Part shown: one piece after another, positions 19,739 to 29,913 of the stretch
How the letters are laid out: every line of letters begins with the position of its first letter
Numbering within the stretch: the stretch's first letter is position 1
Assembly (NCBI GenBank): GCA_965217865.1
Contig: CBDCJO010000002.1
Coordinates: 4,032,001 to 4,096,000 of the forward strand
DNA length: 64,000 bases
DNA from: Candidatus Latescibacterota bacterium
GTDB taxonomy: Bacteria; Latescibacterota; UBA2968; SICM01
Reading direction: 5' to 3'
Program-made: the position numbers and the translations under genes
The notes under the pieces: generated by a model
The model's input: the letters and a program-made list of their open reading frames with translations, nothing else
What the model was told of the DNA's origin: nothing
Databases searched by the model: none

Positions 19739-21148
19739 ATGGACATTGATGAGTCACGCATCCGGTCGATTGTGGAGGAGGTTGTCCGAAACCTGTCGGC
19801 CGATGGTGGGGGGGAACAGGCCGCCTCAGCGGGAGACGGGGTCTTTCAAGACGTAGATGCGGCCGTAGCTGCTGCGGAGAAAGCGCAGATTGAACTGTCC
19901 AGACTGTCCCTCGAACGCCGCAAGGAGATCATCGCGGCGGTCCGGAGGGTCGGACTGAGCAAGGCAGAGGAATTTTCCCGCCGGGCCCACGAGGAAACCG
20001 GGATGGGTAACGTCCCGGACAAGATCAGGAAGCATCAGATCGTCTCCACGCTGACCCCGGGGGTGGAGGATCTCACGCAGACCGCGTGGACCGGGGACCA
20101 CGGCCTTACCGTGGTCGAGATGGCCCCCTATGGTGTCGTCGCTTCCGTCACTCCGTCCACGCATCCGGTCCCGACGATCATCAACAACACGATCAGCCTT
20201 TTGGCCGCCGGGAACTCAGTCGTCTTCAACCCGCATCCTGGGGCCAAACGCGTTTCCGCCTTCGGTGTCGAGCAGATCAACACCGAGATTGTCGGGGCCG
20301 GGGGCCCCCCAAACCTGCTCACGACCGTTGAAGAACCGAGCATCGAAACCGCAAATGCCCTTTTCGAGCATCCCAGGATCGCTTTGATTCTCGTCACCGG
20401 AGGACCCGGTGTCGTCAAGGCGGCCATGCGGGCATCCAAGAAAGCCATCACTGCGGGGCCCGGTAACCCCCCCGTGGTCGTGGACGAAACCGCGGATCTG
20501 GAAAAGGCCGCACGCGATATCATCTCGGGGGCCTCTTTCGACAACAACATCCTCTGCAACGGGGAAAAGGAGACGTTTGTCGTCGAGTCGGCCGCAGAGG
20601 AATTGAAGCGGTTCATGATGCAACACGGGGCCTACGAGCTGAACAAGCCTCAAATCGACGCCCTCGTCGGACACGCCTTTACCAGGGACGAGGGGGAGTT
20701 GCGGGTGAACCGGGAGCTGGTCGGTCGGGATGCCAAGGTCCTGGCTGAACGAATCGGGTTAAACATCGATTCGGGGATCCGGCTGCTGATTGGGGAGACC
20801 GATTTAGAGCATGTCTTTGTCCAAGAGGAGCAGATGATGCCGTTTATGCCGATCGTCCGGGTCCCGGACGTGGGAGCGGCCATCGAGAGCGCGATCGAGG
20901 CAGAGCACGGTTACCGGCATACGTTTATCATCCACTCGCGAAACGTCGAGACGATGACGGTTCTCGGTCAGAGGTGCAACGCGAGCATCTATGTAAAAAA
21001 CGGACCCTCTTATGCGGGATTGGGGGTCGGTGGGGAGGGGTTTACATCGTTTTCAATCGCCGGCCCGACCGGGGAGGGGTGTACCTCCGCGAGGACGTTT
21101 ACCAGAAGCCGGCGATGTGCAATGGTGGACTATCTGAGGATCGTTTAA
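19739..21148 (+). CDS. CoA-acylating aldehyde dehydrogenase (EutE/PduP-like)
   Basis: TGGPGVV, GPGNPP, SFDNNILCNGEK, EQMMP, PTGEG; N-terminal encapsulation-peptide-like helix. Confidence 0.92.
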   Translation: MDIDESRIRSIVEEVVRNLSADGGGEQAASAGDGVFQDVDAAVAAAEKAQIELSRLSLERRKEIIAAVRRVGLSKAEEFSRRAHEETGMGNVPDKIRKHQIVSTLTPGVEDLTQTAWTGDHGLTVVEMAPYGVVASVTPSTHPVPTIINNTISLLAAGNSVVFNPHPGAKRVSAFGVEQINTEIVGAGGPPNLLTTVEEPSIETANALFEHPRIALILVTGGPGVVKAAMRASKKAITAGPGNPPVVVDETADLEKAARDIISGASFDNNILCNGEKETFVVESAAEELKRFMMQHGAYELNKPQIDALVGHAFTRDEGELRVNRELVGRDAKVLAERIGLNIDSGIRLLIGETDLEHVFVQEEQMMPFMPIVRVPDVGAAIESAIEAEHGYRHTFIIHSRNVETMTVLGQRCNASIYVKNGPSYAGLGVGGEGFTSFSIAGPTGEGCTSARTFTRSRRCAMVDYLRIV

Positions 21149-21149
21149 G

Positions 21150-21413
21150 ATGCATCTCGGGAGGGTACTGGGCACGGTGGTGGCCACCCGGAAGGATCCG
21201 CATTTGAAGGGGGTTAAATTGCTCGTCGTCGAACCCCTCGATCATCACCGTCGGGTGGCGGGCGAACCGTTCGTTGCGGCCGATGTGGTGCGATCCGGAT
21301 GGGGTGAGGTGGTCTTCTGGGTCGGGGCGCGGGAGGCTCCCAAGGCCCTTCCGTCTGGATACGGACCGATAGACGCAGCCATCGTCGGGATTGTCGATCG
21401 GGTGGACGTGTGA
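21150..21413 (+). CDS. BMC pentamer (EutN/CcmL family)
   Basis: GRVLGTVVATRK..PIDAAIVGIVD. Confidence 0.92.
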   Translation: MHLGRVLGTVVATRKDPHLKGVKLLVVEPLDHHRRVAGEPFVAADVVRSGWGEVVFWVGAREAPKALPSGYGPIDAAIVGIVDRVDV

Positions 21414-21466
21414 CTTTGAACCGGACCCTCTTTTTTTTGAGTTGGTCTACATTTCCGGATCTTATT

Positions 21467-21742
21467 ATGCTACTCGCACAGGTCCTGGGGAGCGTCGTCT
21501 CGACGGTCAAGCACCCCGCATATGGGGGAAAAAAGCTGATGGTGGTCCAGCCCTCCAAGCCCTCCGGAGAACCCGATGGGAGTTCGATGCTCGCGGTGGA
21601 TACGGTCGGAGCGGGGGCGGGGGAGACGGTGCTGATCCTGAGGGAGGGGACGTCCGCGGGGAACATTCTGAGGCTTAAGGACCCCCCGATCCGGTCTCTG
21701 ATCGTCGGGATCGTGGACACCATCGAAGGGGGAGAAGGTTGA
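21467..21742 (+). CDS. BMC pentamer (EutN/CcmL family)
   Basis: VLGSVVSTVKH, AVDTVGAGAGE, IVGIVD. Confidence 0.9.
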   Translation: MLLAQVLGSVVSTVKHPAYGGKKLMVVQPSKPSGEPDGSSMLAVDTVGAGAGETVLILREGTSAGNILRLKDPPIRSLIVGIVDTIEGGEG

Positions 21743-21745
21743 TTG

Positions 21746-22531
21746 ATGGAATCGGCCTATCTGATTAAACGCCGGATCGTCGAGGTTGGACAGCGGATCT
21801 ATCAAAACGGTTACGTGGTTTCCTCCGACGGGAACATTAGCGTCCGGGTTTCGGAGGATCGCCTCTGGGCAACGCCAGCGGGTCTCTGCAAGGGGATGCT
21901 CAACGAGGATCAGATCGCCTTATGCGACATGGACGGGGGCAAGGTGTCCGGATCGCTCAACCCCTCCTCCGAGATCGGCATGCACCTGATGCTTTATCGG
22001 GAGCGACCGGATATCGGCGCGGTTGTCCACGCGCACCCGCCGACAGCAACCGGATTTTCGGTGGCCGGGATACCCCTGACCCCCTGCGTCCTCCCCGAGG
22101 TCGTCGTCACGTTGGGGGAGATTCCCCTGGCTCCCTACGGCACGCCCGGAACCCCGGAGATTTCGGAACCCATCCGGCAATTCGTAAAGGATCACGACGC
22201 ATTTCTCCTGCAGAATCACGGGGCCACCACGATCGGTCCAGACCTGATGGACGCCTATTTCAAGATGGAAACCCTTGAACATTTTGCCAAAATCGTCTTA
22301 GTCGCCCATCAATTGGGCGGTGTCGGCGCTTTGGGCAGCGCCGATGTCCAGAAACTGATGGACATCCGGGATCGACTCGGAATCCGGGGGGATTTCCCGG
22401 TCTGTGACACGAGAGAGGTGTTGAAGAAATCGGCATCCGGGGGAGAAGAAATCAGGCCGAAGACCGGCCAAGACGATGCCTTGATCGAGAACGTTGTCAG
22501 GCGGGTGATGGAGGAGTTGAAACAGGGTTAA
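21746..22531 (+). CDS. Class II aldolase (fuculose-1-phosphate aldolase-like) with C-terminal encapsulation peptide
   Basis: DGNIS, PSSEIGMH, VVHAHPP, LLQNHG; tail LIENVVRRVMEEL. Confidence 0.9.
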   Translation: MESAYLIKRRIVEVGQRIYQNGYVVSSDGNISVRVSEDRLWATPAGLCKGMLNEDQIALCDMDGGKVSGSLNPSSEIGMHLMLYRERPDIGAVVHAHPPTATGFSVAGIPLTPCVLPEVVVTLGEIPLAPYGTPGTPEISEPIRQFVKDHDAFLLQNHGATTIGPDLMDAYFKMETLEHFAKIVLVAHQLGGVGALGSADVQKLMDIRDRLGIRGDFPVCDTREVLKKSASGGEEIRPKTGQDDALIENVVRRVMEELKQG

Positions 22532-22585
22532 GACAAGGGACCATCGTCAAGAGATGCCGGGATAGCGTCATTCGCGATCTGCTTT

Positions 22586-23806
22586 ATGAATGTCCTTGTT
22601 GCGAACGTCGGTAGCACTTCGCTCAAGTATAAGTTGTTCGACATGCCGTCCGAGCGGGTGATTGCCCGGGGACGGATTGAACGGATCGGGGAACGCTCGT
22701 CAGGTTTTGAACACCTTTTGGATGGTAGGGATAAGGTCCAGGGTCAAAAAGCGTTCCCGGATTACGGGTCAGCAGTAAGAGATGTGGTGGATGTCCTTAC
22801 CGGCGAAGGAGGACCTCTCCGGACGTTGAAGGGCCTGGCCGCCGTGGGTTTTAAGACGGTCCACCTGCGAGGCGAACCAGGATCCTACCGCATCACGGAC
22901 GATATTTTGGACCGTATGGCGGATTATAACGATCTTGCCCCTGCGCATAATCCGCCATATATCCGCGCGATTCGGATATTCCAGGAGATCGCCCCGGAGG
23001 TTCCGCTGGTCGGTGTTTTTGAGCCGGCGTTCCACGACTCTATACCGGACTATGCGTTTACATATGGCGTCCCCCACAGGTGGTACGAACGCCACGGTGT
23101 TCGAAAATACGGTTTTCACGGGGCGTCGCATCGTTATATCGCGGAGCGGATTCCGCAGCTTTTGGGCGTTCCAGGAACGGGACTCAGGATCGTTTCCTGC
23201 CATCTGGGCGGAAGCTCCTCGATCTGCGCCATTCGAAACGGCCGATCGATCGATACGAGCATGGGGTTCTCACCCCAAGACGGGTTGTTGAATGCCACCC
23301 GCAACGGTTCGGTGGATGCCTTCGCCATCCTCCACGTGATGGATCGGGAGGGGCTCTCGACAACATCCGTTCGGAAAATGCTCACTCAGGAAGGGGGTCT
23401 TTTCGGTATCTCCGGAGTAAGCGGGGATGTCCGGGACATCCAGAAGGCCGCCAAGGACGGGGATGGCAGGGCGCGACTGGCCATTGAGACGTTCTGTTAC
23501 GGGGTAAAGAAGACCATCGGCGCTTATTCGGCCTCGCTGGGCGGCCTGGATGTCGTTGTATTCACGGGGGGGATCGGAGAGCGCGGAATCGCGATTCGCA
23601 GTCGGGTCTGCGAGGGGTTGGGGTATCTGGGGATTCGAATCGATGAGGAAAAAAACAGGAGTGGACCTCCCGACCGAATGATATCCGTAGAGGGAGAGCC
23701 CGCCAAGGTGTTCATTATCCGGTCGGACGAAGAAGTTGTCGTCGCCCGGGCAACGATTGAGGTATTACGCGATGAATCCGAAGAGGATCCTTCTGGCCGA
23801 CGATGA
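22586..23806 (+). CDS. ackA: Acetate/propionate kinase
   Basis: NVGSTSLKY, APAHNP, KYGFHGASH, CHLGG, TSMG, FTGGIGE. Confidence 0.92.
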   Translation: MNVLVANVGSTSLKYKLFDMPSERVIARGRIERIGERSSGFEHLLDGRDKVQGQKAFPDYGSAVRDVVDVLTGEGGPLRTLKGLAAVGFKTVHLRGEPGSYRITDDILDRMADYNDLAPAHNPPYIRAIRIFQEIAPEVPLVGVFEPAFHDSIPDYAFTYGVPHRWYERHGVRKYGFHGASHRYIAERIPQLLGVPGTGLRIVSCHLGGSSSICAIRNGRSIDTSMGFSPQDGLLNATRNGSVDAFAILHVMDREGLSTTSVRKMLTQEGGLFGISGVSGDVRDIQKAAKDGDGRARLAIETFCYGVKKTIGAYSASLGGLDVVVFTGGIGERGIAIRSRVCEGLGYLGIRIDEEKNRSGPPDRMISVEGEPAKVFIIRSDEEVVVARATIEVLRDESEEDPSGRR

Positions 23807-24143
23807 TCCGTTCATACTGGACCTCTACCGGACCGCCCTAGAAGGTTATCATTACGAGATAGAGACGGCGATGGACGGCCGGGAAGCCCTTCGCGCAGCG
23901 ACGTCCAAGCCCTACGACCTGGTGATCATGGATATCGTCATGCCTCATATGAACGGTATCGAAAGCATTCAGGAGATCCGTAAAAAAAGTCCTGAGTTAC
24001 CGATCATCGTCATCACGAGTTTCCACGATCAGTTCACGGAGATGCTTGAAGATCTGAATGTACAATGCGTTCTGATCAAGCCGGTCATGATCACGCAGCT
24101 CGTTCAGTCCGTGCAGGAAGTCATCCGGGGCAACGAAAAGTAG
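23772..24143 (+). CDS. Single-domain response regulator
   Basis: ILLADDD, MDIVMPHMNG, IKP. Confidence 0.88.
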   Translation: MNPKRILLADDDPFILDLYRTALEGYHYEIETAMDGREALRAATSKPYDLVIMDIVMPHMNGIESIQEIRKKSPELPIIVITSFHDQFTEMLEDLNVQCVLIKPVMITQLVQSVQEVIRGNEK

Positions 24144-24230
24144 CTAGGTCTCCACGCACGAACCCATTCCCCGCTTTCGAATCAGAGTTGATGGATTCCC
24201 GGTCCCCCCTCCCGGGTGGAGGGTTGGACC

Positions 24231-25136
24231 TTACCCCCCCTTTCGCGGTACGATCTGCACATCCGCCATCTTTTCCACCGCCTTGCAAACAGCCGAAAAG
24301 TCCTCCCTTCCGACCCCCATGGTCGTCCCGGCGGCGTAGTCCTGGTAGGCCGCCGCCCCAACTGGCAAGGGGACACTCAAGGCCTTCCCGATCTCAAGGG
24401 CCAACCCCACGTCCTTTTTCATCAGGTCCAGCATGAACCCCGGTTCGAAGTGATCCTTCAGGAGGAAATCTCCAACCCGAGCCTGGAAGAGGGTGGAGTT
24501 CCCTGTGCTGACCCCGATCACCTGTTTCAGTACTTCAGGATCGGCCCCGGCCTTTACCCCCATGACGAAGGCCTCTGATATGACCGCCATGGTCGTGCCC
24601 CCGATGAGCTGGTTGGCTATCTTGACGACCTGCCCGATCCCCAAACCTCCGACGTGAAAGATATTTTTTCCCATCGCCTCGAAAACGGGCCGACAGCGGT
24701 CAAAAGTCTCTTTCTTGCCTCCGGCGATTATGGTCAGGGTCCCTGCCTTGGCCCCGGTATCACCCCCGCTGACCGGGGCGTCCATGACTTCAACACCTTT
24801 CTCGTGTGCGAGCCCTGCGACCTCCTGGATCGTCATAGGTGAGATTGTGCTCATGTCGACCACGATCCCCCCTGCCTGCATCCCCTCCAGCACCCCCTCC
24901 GGGCCAAGAATGACCGCCCGGACCTCAGGGTCTGAGGTGACGATCGTGATGACCAGCTCCACCTCCGCTGCGACTTCCCGGGGGGAATCGACAGATCGTG
25001 CCCCGAGGGCGCGCACTGCGTCGGCCGGCTCCGGCCTCCGCGCAAAAACAGTGAGGTCGAATCCCGCCTTGAGGAGATTTTTCGCCATCGGCAGACCCAT
25101 TGTTCCGAGACCGATGAAGCCGACTTTGATCGACAT
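24231..25136 (-). CDS. Beta-hydroxyacid dehydrogenase (GarR/MmsB family)
   Basis: GFIGLGTMG, DAPVSGG, KIANQ, KDVGLA. Confidence 0.9.
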   Translation of the reverse strand: MSIKVGFIGLGTMGLPMAKNLLKAGFDLTVFARRPEPADAVRALGARSVDSPREVAAEVELVITIVTSDPEVRAVILGPEGVLEGMQAGGIVVDMSTISPMTIQEVAGLAHEKGVEVMDAPVSGGDTGAKAGTLTIIAGGKKETFDRCRPVFEAMGKNIFHVGGLGIGQVVKIANQLIGGTTMAVISEAFVMGVKAGADPEVLKQVIGVSTGNSTLFQARVGDFLLKDHFEPGFMLDLMKKDVGLALEIGKALSVPLPVGAAAYQDYAAGTTMGVGREDFSAVCKAVEKMADVQIVPRKGG

Positions 25137-25324
25137 TTTATCCTCCTTTTATCGAATTCTTCCCAAGCCTTCAATCCTCAACCCCCGAACGGGGACTCCC
25201 TCGGTATCTTCCTTATAAAAAGGCGATTGAGGGACCTAAATTAGGCGGCGAGACCCTATTTGTCAACCCTTTCCTGGAAGATATGGAGGCGTTGTCGCCC
25301 CCCTGACCCTTGATGAAACTCTCC

Positions 25325-25353
25325 TTGACAAAGGCTACCTTTGGGGGTATACT
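25325..25353 (+). promoter_or_regulatory. Sigma70 promoter for ptsH-ptsI
   Basis: TTGACA-17-TATACT; a divergent TTGACA-17-TAATTT lies at 25238-25266. Confidence 0.7.
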
Positions 25354-25454
25354 CATGGATTCATTCCTGCAAGTTTCAGATTTCAAGCAAGTTGTGCTTC
25401 ATTTTGACCTGGGATTTGGCGAGCTTCGGATGGCTTGTCCGGGGTGTTTTACCT

Positions 25455-25733
25455 ATGGTCAATCGAACGGCCATCATCAAAAACCCCCTGGGTATCCACG
25501 CCCGACCTGCCGCGTTGATTGTCCAGGCCGCGGCGAAGTTTCGTTCCGAAATCACCCTTTTGAAGGATGGCTTGGAGGTCAATGGCAAGAGCATCATGGG
25601 GGTCATGATGCTGGCCGCCGAGCCTGAATCAGAGGTTGTGGTGAAGGCGGATGGCGAGGATGAAGTCCAGGCGGTGGAAGAGTTGGTTCGGGTGATTGAG
25701 AGTCACTTTGATTCAGCGGAAACCTCCAGCTGA
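25455..25733 (+). CDS. ptsH: Phosphocarrier protein HPr
   Basis: GIHARPAA, NGKSIMGVMML. Confidence 0.95.
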   Translation: MVNRTAIIKNPLGIHARPAALIVQAAAKFRSEITLLKDGLEVNGKSIMGVMMLAAEPESEVVVKADGEDEVQAVEELVRVIESHFDSAETSS

Positions 25734-25770
25734 ATCCCTTGAATCCCCTCCGGATTTCGTAAGGTGTCCC

Positions 25771-27546
25771 ATGCTCAAAGGTATCCCCGCATCCCCCGGA
25801 ATAGGCATCGGAAAGGCATTCACCCACGAGCGGGGGGACGTCTGGTTCGATTGGAGAGATCTGGCCGAGGGAGAAATCGAGTCTGAGGTCGGGCGGTTCG
25901 AAAAAGCCCTTCAGGACGTGGCCGGGGACATCGAAAAGACCCGCGAAGGTCTGAAGACACAGCTGGGCCCCGATGAGCTGCGGATTTTCGATGCGCTCCA
26001 GATGATCACCCGGGACCCGATGCTTGTCGAAGCGACCCTTTCCCGCATCCGAAAAAACCGAACCAATGCCGAGTACGCGTTTTACCAGACCCTTCGGGAC
26101 ATCAAACACCGATTTGACGCGATCGAAGACGAGAATTTTAAAGCCAGGGGAGCGGATATCCTGGACATTGAGAACCGTGTGCTTTCCAGGCTGCGCGGGG
26201 AGGAATGGGGTGCTCTTGGGAACCTTAGCGCGGAGGCCGTGGTTGTCGCCCACACATTGACGCCGTCCGACACCGCGCATATGAAACGCGATCGTGTTCT
26301 CGGTTTCGTCACTGAAATGGGGGGAAGCACCTCCCACGCCGCGATCATCGCCCGGAGTTTAGAGATCCCCGCCGTGGTGGGGGTCGAGACGGCCACGGCG
26401 ACGATCGAACCGGGCGACCTGGTGATCGTGGACGGGATCCGTGGGCTGGTCGAAATCAACCCGGATGCCGAGACACTCGAGAAGTATCGGGCCCTCCGCA
26501 TCGAGTATAAAGAGCGTACCCGGACGACTCTGAAAGAACTTCCGTCGGAAACCGTAGACGGCGTCCGTGTGGAGCTTGCAGCGAACGTCGAACTGCAGGA
26601 AGAAGTGGAGATGGTCCTGCGGTACGGCGCCGAAGGCATCGGCCTGTATCGCACGGAATTCATGTATCTGACCAGGCCTTCCCTCCCGACGGAGAAAGAG
26701 CAGTTGCAGGCCTACCGGTGGATCACCGAGCGGATTTCCCCTCGGCCCGTGGTGATTCGGACATTGGACCTGGGAGGGGATAAAATCTCCAAGGATTTAA
26801 GCGTCCAGGAGGAGATGAATCCCTTCTTGGGATGGCGGGCGATCCGGGTTTGTCTTGAACATCGGGATATTTTCCGCACGCAGTTGAAAGCCATTTTGCG
26901 AGCGAGCGCTTTTGGGAACGTCCGCCTCATGTTTCCGATGATCTCCGGAGTCGAAGAGATCGTGAAGGCCAAAGAGATTCTGGAGGAAGCCCGGTGTGAA
27001 TTGAGGGCCCAGGGGATTTCATTCGACGAAAACTGTCCGGTCGGGGTCATGATCGAAGTGCCTTCCGCTGCCCTCGTTGCCGATCGGATCGCCGAAGAGG
27101 TGGCGTTTTTCAGCATCGGCACGAACGATCTTGTCCAATACACCGTTGCGGTGGACCGGGGCAATGATCATGTTGCGTACCTTTTCGACCCCCTTAATCT
27201 GGGGGTCCTTCGTCTGATCAAGGGAATTATCGAGGCCGGCCGCCAGAAGGAAATTCCCGTGAGTCTGTGCGGCGAGATGTGCGGGGAACCCCTATCCGCC
27301 CTGCTTTTGATCGGGCTTGGCCTCAAAAGCTTCAGCATGACGCCCAGTGCCATACCCGATGTGAAGCGTGCCATCCGTTCCGTAAGCGTTGCAAAAGCCC
27401 GTTCGGTTGCGGAAGAAGCCATGTCGTTCGACACCCCGAGTCAGGTCAGGGGATTTCTCCACGAAGCCTTCAAGGGTCTTCTGGATGACGAGGAGGAGGT
27501 TTTAACTCCAGCCGGAGGCGGAGGGGTGCCAACCGATGTCGGGTAA
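25771..27546 (+). CDS. ptsI: PEP-protein phosphotransferase, enzyme I
   Basis: GGSTSHAAI, GIGLYRTEF, NPFLGWR, SIGTNDL, CGEM. Confidence 0.95.
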   Translation: MLKGIPASPGIGIGKAFTHERGDVWFDWRDLAEGEIESEVGRFEKALQDVAGDIEKTREGLKTQLGPDELRIFDALQMITRDPMLVEATLSRIRKNRTNAEYAFYQTLRDIKHRFDAIEDENFKARGADILDIENRVLSRLRGEEWGALGNLSAEAVVVAHTLTPSDTAHMKRDRVLGFVTEMGGSTSHAAIIARSLEIPAVVGVETATATIEPGDLVIVDGIRGLVEINPDAETLEKYRALRIEYKERTRTTLKELPSETVDGVRVELAANVELQEEVEMVLRYGAEGIGLYRTEFMYLTRPSLPTEKEQLQAYRWITERISPRPVVIRTLDLGGDKISKDLSVQEEMNPFLGWRAIRVCLEHRDIFRTQLKAILRASAFGNVRLMFPMISGVEEIVKAKEILEEARCELRAQGISFDENCPVGVMIEVPSAALVADRIAEEVAFFSIGTNDLVQYTVAVDRGNDHVAYLFDPLNLGVLRLIKGIIEAGRQKEIPVSLCGEMCGEPLSALLLIGLGLKSFSMTPSAIPDVKRAIRSVSVAKARSVAEEAMSFDTPSQVRGFLHEAFKGLLDDEEEVLTPAGGGGVPTDVG

Positions 27547-28549
27547 GGATTCCCCCATCCCGCGCGACACCTGGGCGGTGATTCCAGCTGCCGGGGTGGG
27601 AACGCGACTTCGACCTCACACCTACACCACCCCCAAAGCGCTCCTGCACGTGGCGGGAAAGCCCATCATCGGTCACATCCTGGATCGGGTTTCGGAGGCG
27701 GGAATAGAACGCGTCGTTTTGATCGTCGGGACCACCGGAGATCCGATCGTGGAATATGTCGAACGCGCCCATCGGTTCAAAGAGGTGATCCCCCAGGTTC
27801 AAGTGGAGCGCAAAGGACTGGGGCACGCCATCCGGCTGGCCCGGGAACCTGTCGCGGGATCACCGGCCCTGACAATATATGGCGACACGATTATCGAGGG
27901 GGATCTCTCCTCGGTTTTCGGGTGGGATGCCGACGGGGTGATCGGTGTCAAACCCGTCGAAAACCCCTCCCGGTTCGGAGTTGTCTGCGTAGAGGGGGAT
28001 CGAATCGTAAAGCTAGTAGAGAAACCGACGACCTACGTGTCGGACCTGGCGATTACCGGGGTCAACTTCTTCCGGAATACCGGTCTGTTGTTCGAATGTC
28101 TGGATGAGCTGGTCGATAAGGACATCACCACCCGGGGGGAATATCAGGCGACGGACGCATTTTCTCTGATGATCCGGCGGGGCGGACGGTTGAAGTCCTT
28201 TCCCGTAGAGGCCTGGTTTGACTGCGGCGAGCCCGAAACCCTTCTCGATACCAACCGGCACCTCCTCTCCAGGCTGACCTCACCCGACCTGGGCGGGAAG
28301 GCCACCGTCGTTTCACCGTCCTTCATCTCTCACGACGCTCGCGTTGAAAATTCAGTGATCGGCCCCTTTGCCTCGATCGCTGAGGGTGCAACGGTCGAGA
28401 ACGCGATTGTGAAGGATTCGATCGTCGGCGTCAAGGCGACGGTTCGGGATTGCCTTTTGGACAGGTCCCTCGTCGGCAACGGTGCCGTGGTGCTGGGAAG
28501 GGCTCAACGTCTCAACGTGGGGGATTCGTCCCAGATCAGTTTGAATTAG
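27536..28549 (+). CDS. Sugar-phosphate nucleotidyltransferase
   Basis: AAGVGTRLRP..PK, LVEKP, RGEYQ, WFDCG, C-terminal beta-helix-like region. Confidence 0.88.
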   Translation: MSGKDSPIPRDTWAVIPAAGVGTRLRPHTYTTPKALLHVAGKPIIGHILDRVSEAGIERVVLIVGTTGDPIVEYVERAHRFKEVIPQVQVERKGLGHAIRLAREPVAGSPALTIYGDTIIEGDLSSVFGWDADGVIGVKPVENPSRFGVVCVEGDRIVKLVEKPTTYVSDLAITGVNFFRNTGLLFECLDELVDKDITTRGEYQATDAFSLMIRRGGRLKSFPVEAWFDCGEPETLLDTNRHLLSRLTSPDLGGKATVVSPSFISHDARVENSVIGPFASIAEGATVENAIVKDSIVGVKATVRDCLLDRSLVGNGAVVLGRAQRLNVGDSSQISLN

Positions 28550-28588
28550 ATCGGATTGACAACGCTTACGTGATGTGCGATTGAACAA

Positions 28589-28672
28589 TGAAGTTGCTTG
28601 AAGCACGGATGCCGCTTGGAGCCTTCACATTCCGACCACCGGCTCTATACCTCCTCCATTCCGTAAGGAGCC
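28589..28672 (+). ncRNA. Candidate cis-regulatory RNA (SAM-Chlorobi-like) in the metK leader
   Basis: TGAAG/CTTCA and GCTTGAAGC/GCTTGGAGC stems; loop ACGGATG partly complementary to two downstream CATTCCG; CTCCT can pair with the AGGAG SD. Confidence 0.55.
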
Positions 28673-28675
28673 ATT

Positions 28676-29845
28676 ATGGCCAGGACACGACTTTTCACCT
28701 CCGAGTCCGTTTCCGAGGGACACCCCGATAAGATCGCCGATCAGATATCCGATGCCGTTCTGGATGCCCTGATCGTCCAGGATCCCAAGTCCAGGGTTGC
28801 TTGTGAGACTCTTGTGACGACCGGACTGGTCGTTGTAGCAGGCGAGATCACCAGCAAAGGGGCCGTAAACATTCCGGAGATTGTCCGGGAGACCATTCAA
28901 GAGATCGGCTACACGGACTCCGAGTACGGATTTGACTACAGATCGTGCGCCGTCATTCAGGCCATCGACCGCCAGTCCCCGGACATCTCCCAAGGGGTAA
29001 GCGAAGGGACGGGGCTTCACGCCGAACAGGGAGCGGGCGACCAGGGCATGATGTTCGGCTATGCCTGCCGCGAAACCCCCGAACTAATGCCTCTTCCGAT
29101 TATGCTCGCTCACAAGATCGTCATGAGGTTGACAGCGGTCCGAAAAAATCGCCTCCTGGCCTACCTGCGGCCGGATGGGAAGTCTCAGGTGACGGTCGAG
29201 TATGACGAGAGGGGGATCCCGATCCGGGTTCACACCGTGGTGGTGTCCACCCAGCACGACCCCAAGGTGTCTCACAAACGAATTTCTTCAGATGTCATAA
29301 AGGAAGTGGTTAAACACGTCATTCCAGCGGAGTATCTGGATCGGAAGACGATCTATCACATCAATCCGACAGGCCGGTTCGTCGTAGGCGGACCCCACGG
29401 AGACACCGGGTTGACAGGCAGAAAGATCATCGTGGACACCTATGGAGGGATGGGCCGGCATGGAGGTGGGGCATTTTCGGGAAAGGATCCAAGCAAGGTG
29501 GACCGAAGCGCCAATTATGAAGCAAGGCACATTGCCAAGAACATCGTGGCGGCCAGGCTTGCACAGCGTTGTGAAGTGCAGCTCGCGTATGCCATCGGGG
29601 TGCCCGAACCCGTTTCGATCCACGTCGATACGTTCGGGACAGGCGAGATCGATCACGATCGGATCGCCGAACTGATCCGGATGAACTTTTCGCTGACCCC
29701 CAAGGGAATCGTCAATTACCTTAAACTCGAGCGTCCTGTTTACAAAAAGACCGCAGCCTATGGACACTTCGGCCGAAGCATATTTTCGTGGGAAAAGACA
29801 GAAAAGGCCGCGGCCTTAAAAAGGGGTAAACCGGCACGGCCATAG
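28676..29845 (+). CDS. metK: S-adenosylmethionine synthetase
   Basis: [28 protein letters not shown]. Confidence 0.98.
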   Translation: MARTRLFTSESVSEGHPDKIADQISDAVLDALIVQDPKSRVACETLVTTGLVVVAGEITSKGAVNIPEIVRETIQEIGYTDSEYGFDYRSCAVIQAIDRQSPDISQGVSEGTGLHAEQGAGDQGMMFGYACRETPELMPLPIMLAHKIVMRLTAVRKNRLLAYLRPDGKSQVTVEYDERGIPIRVHTVVVSTQHDPKVSHKRISSDVIKEVVKHVIPAEYLDRKTIYHINPTGRFVVGGPHGDTGLTGRKIIVDTYGGMGRHGGGAFSGKDPSKVDRSANYEARHIAKNIVAARLAQRCEVQLAYAIGVPEPVSIHVDTFGTGEIDHDRIAELIRMNFSLTPKGIVNYLKLERPVYKKTAAYGHFGRSIFSWEKTEKAAALKRGKPARP

Positions 29846-29913
29846 GCTTGATAGGTCGGGCGGACATAAGCCCGCCTAATATTACCGGATTGTTCACTCT
29901 CAGAAAGGATGCT

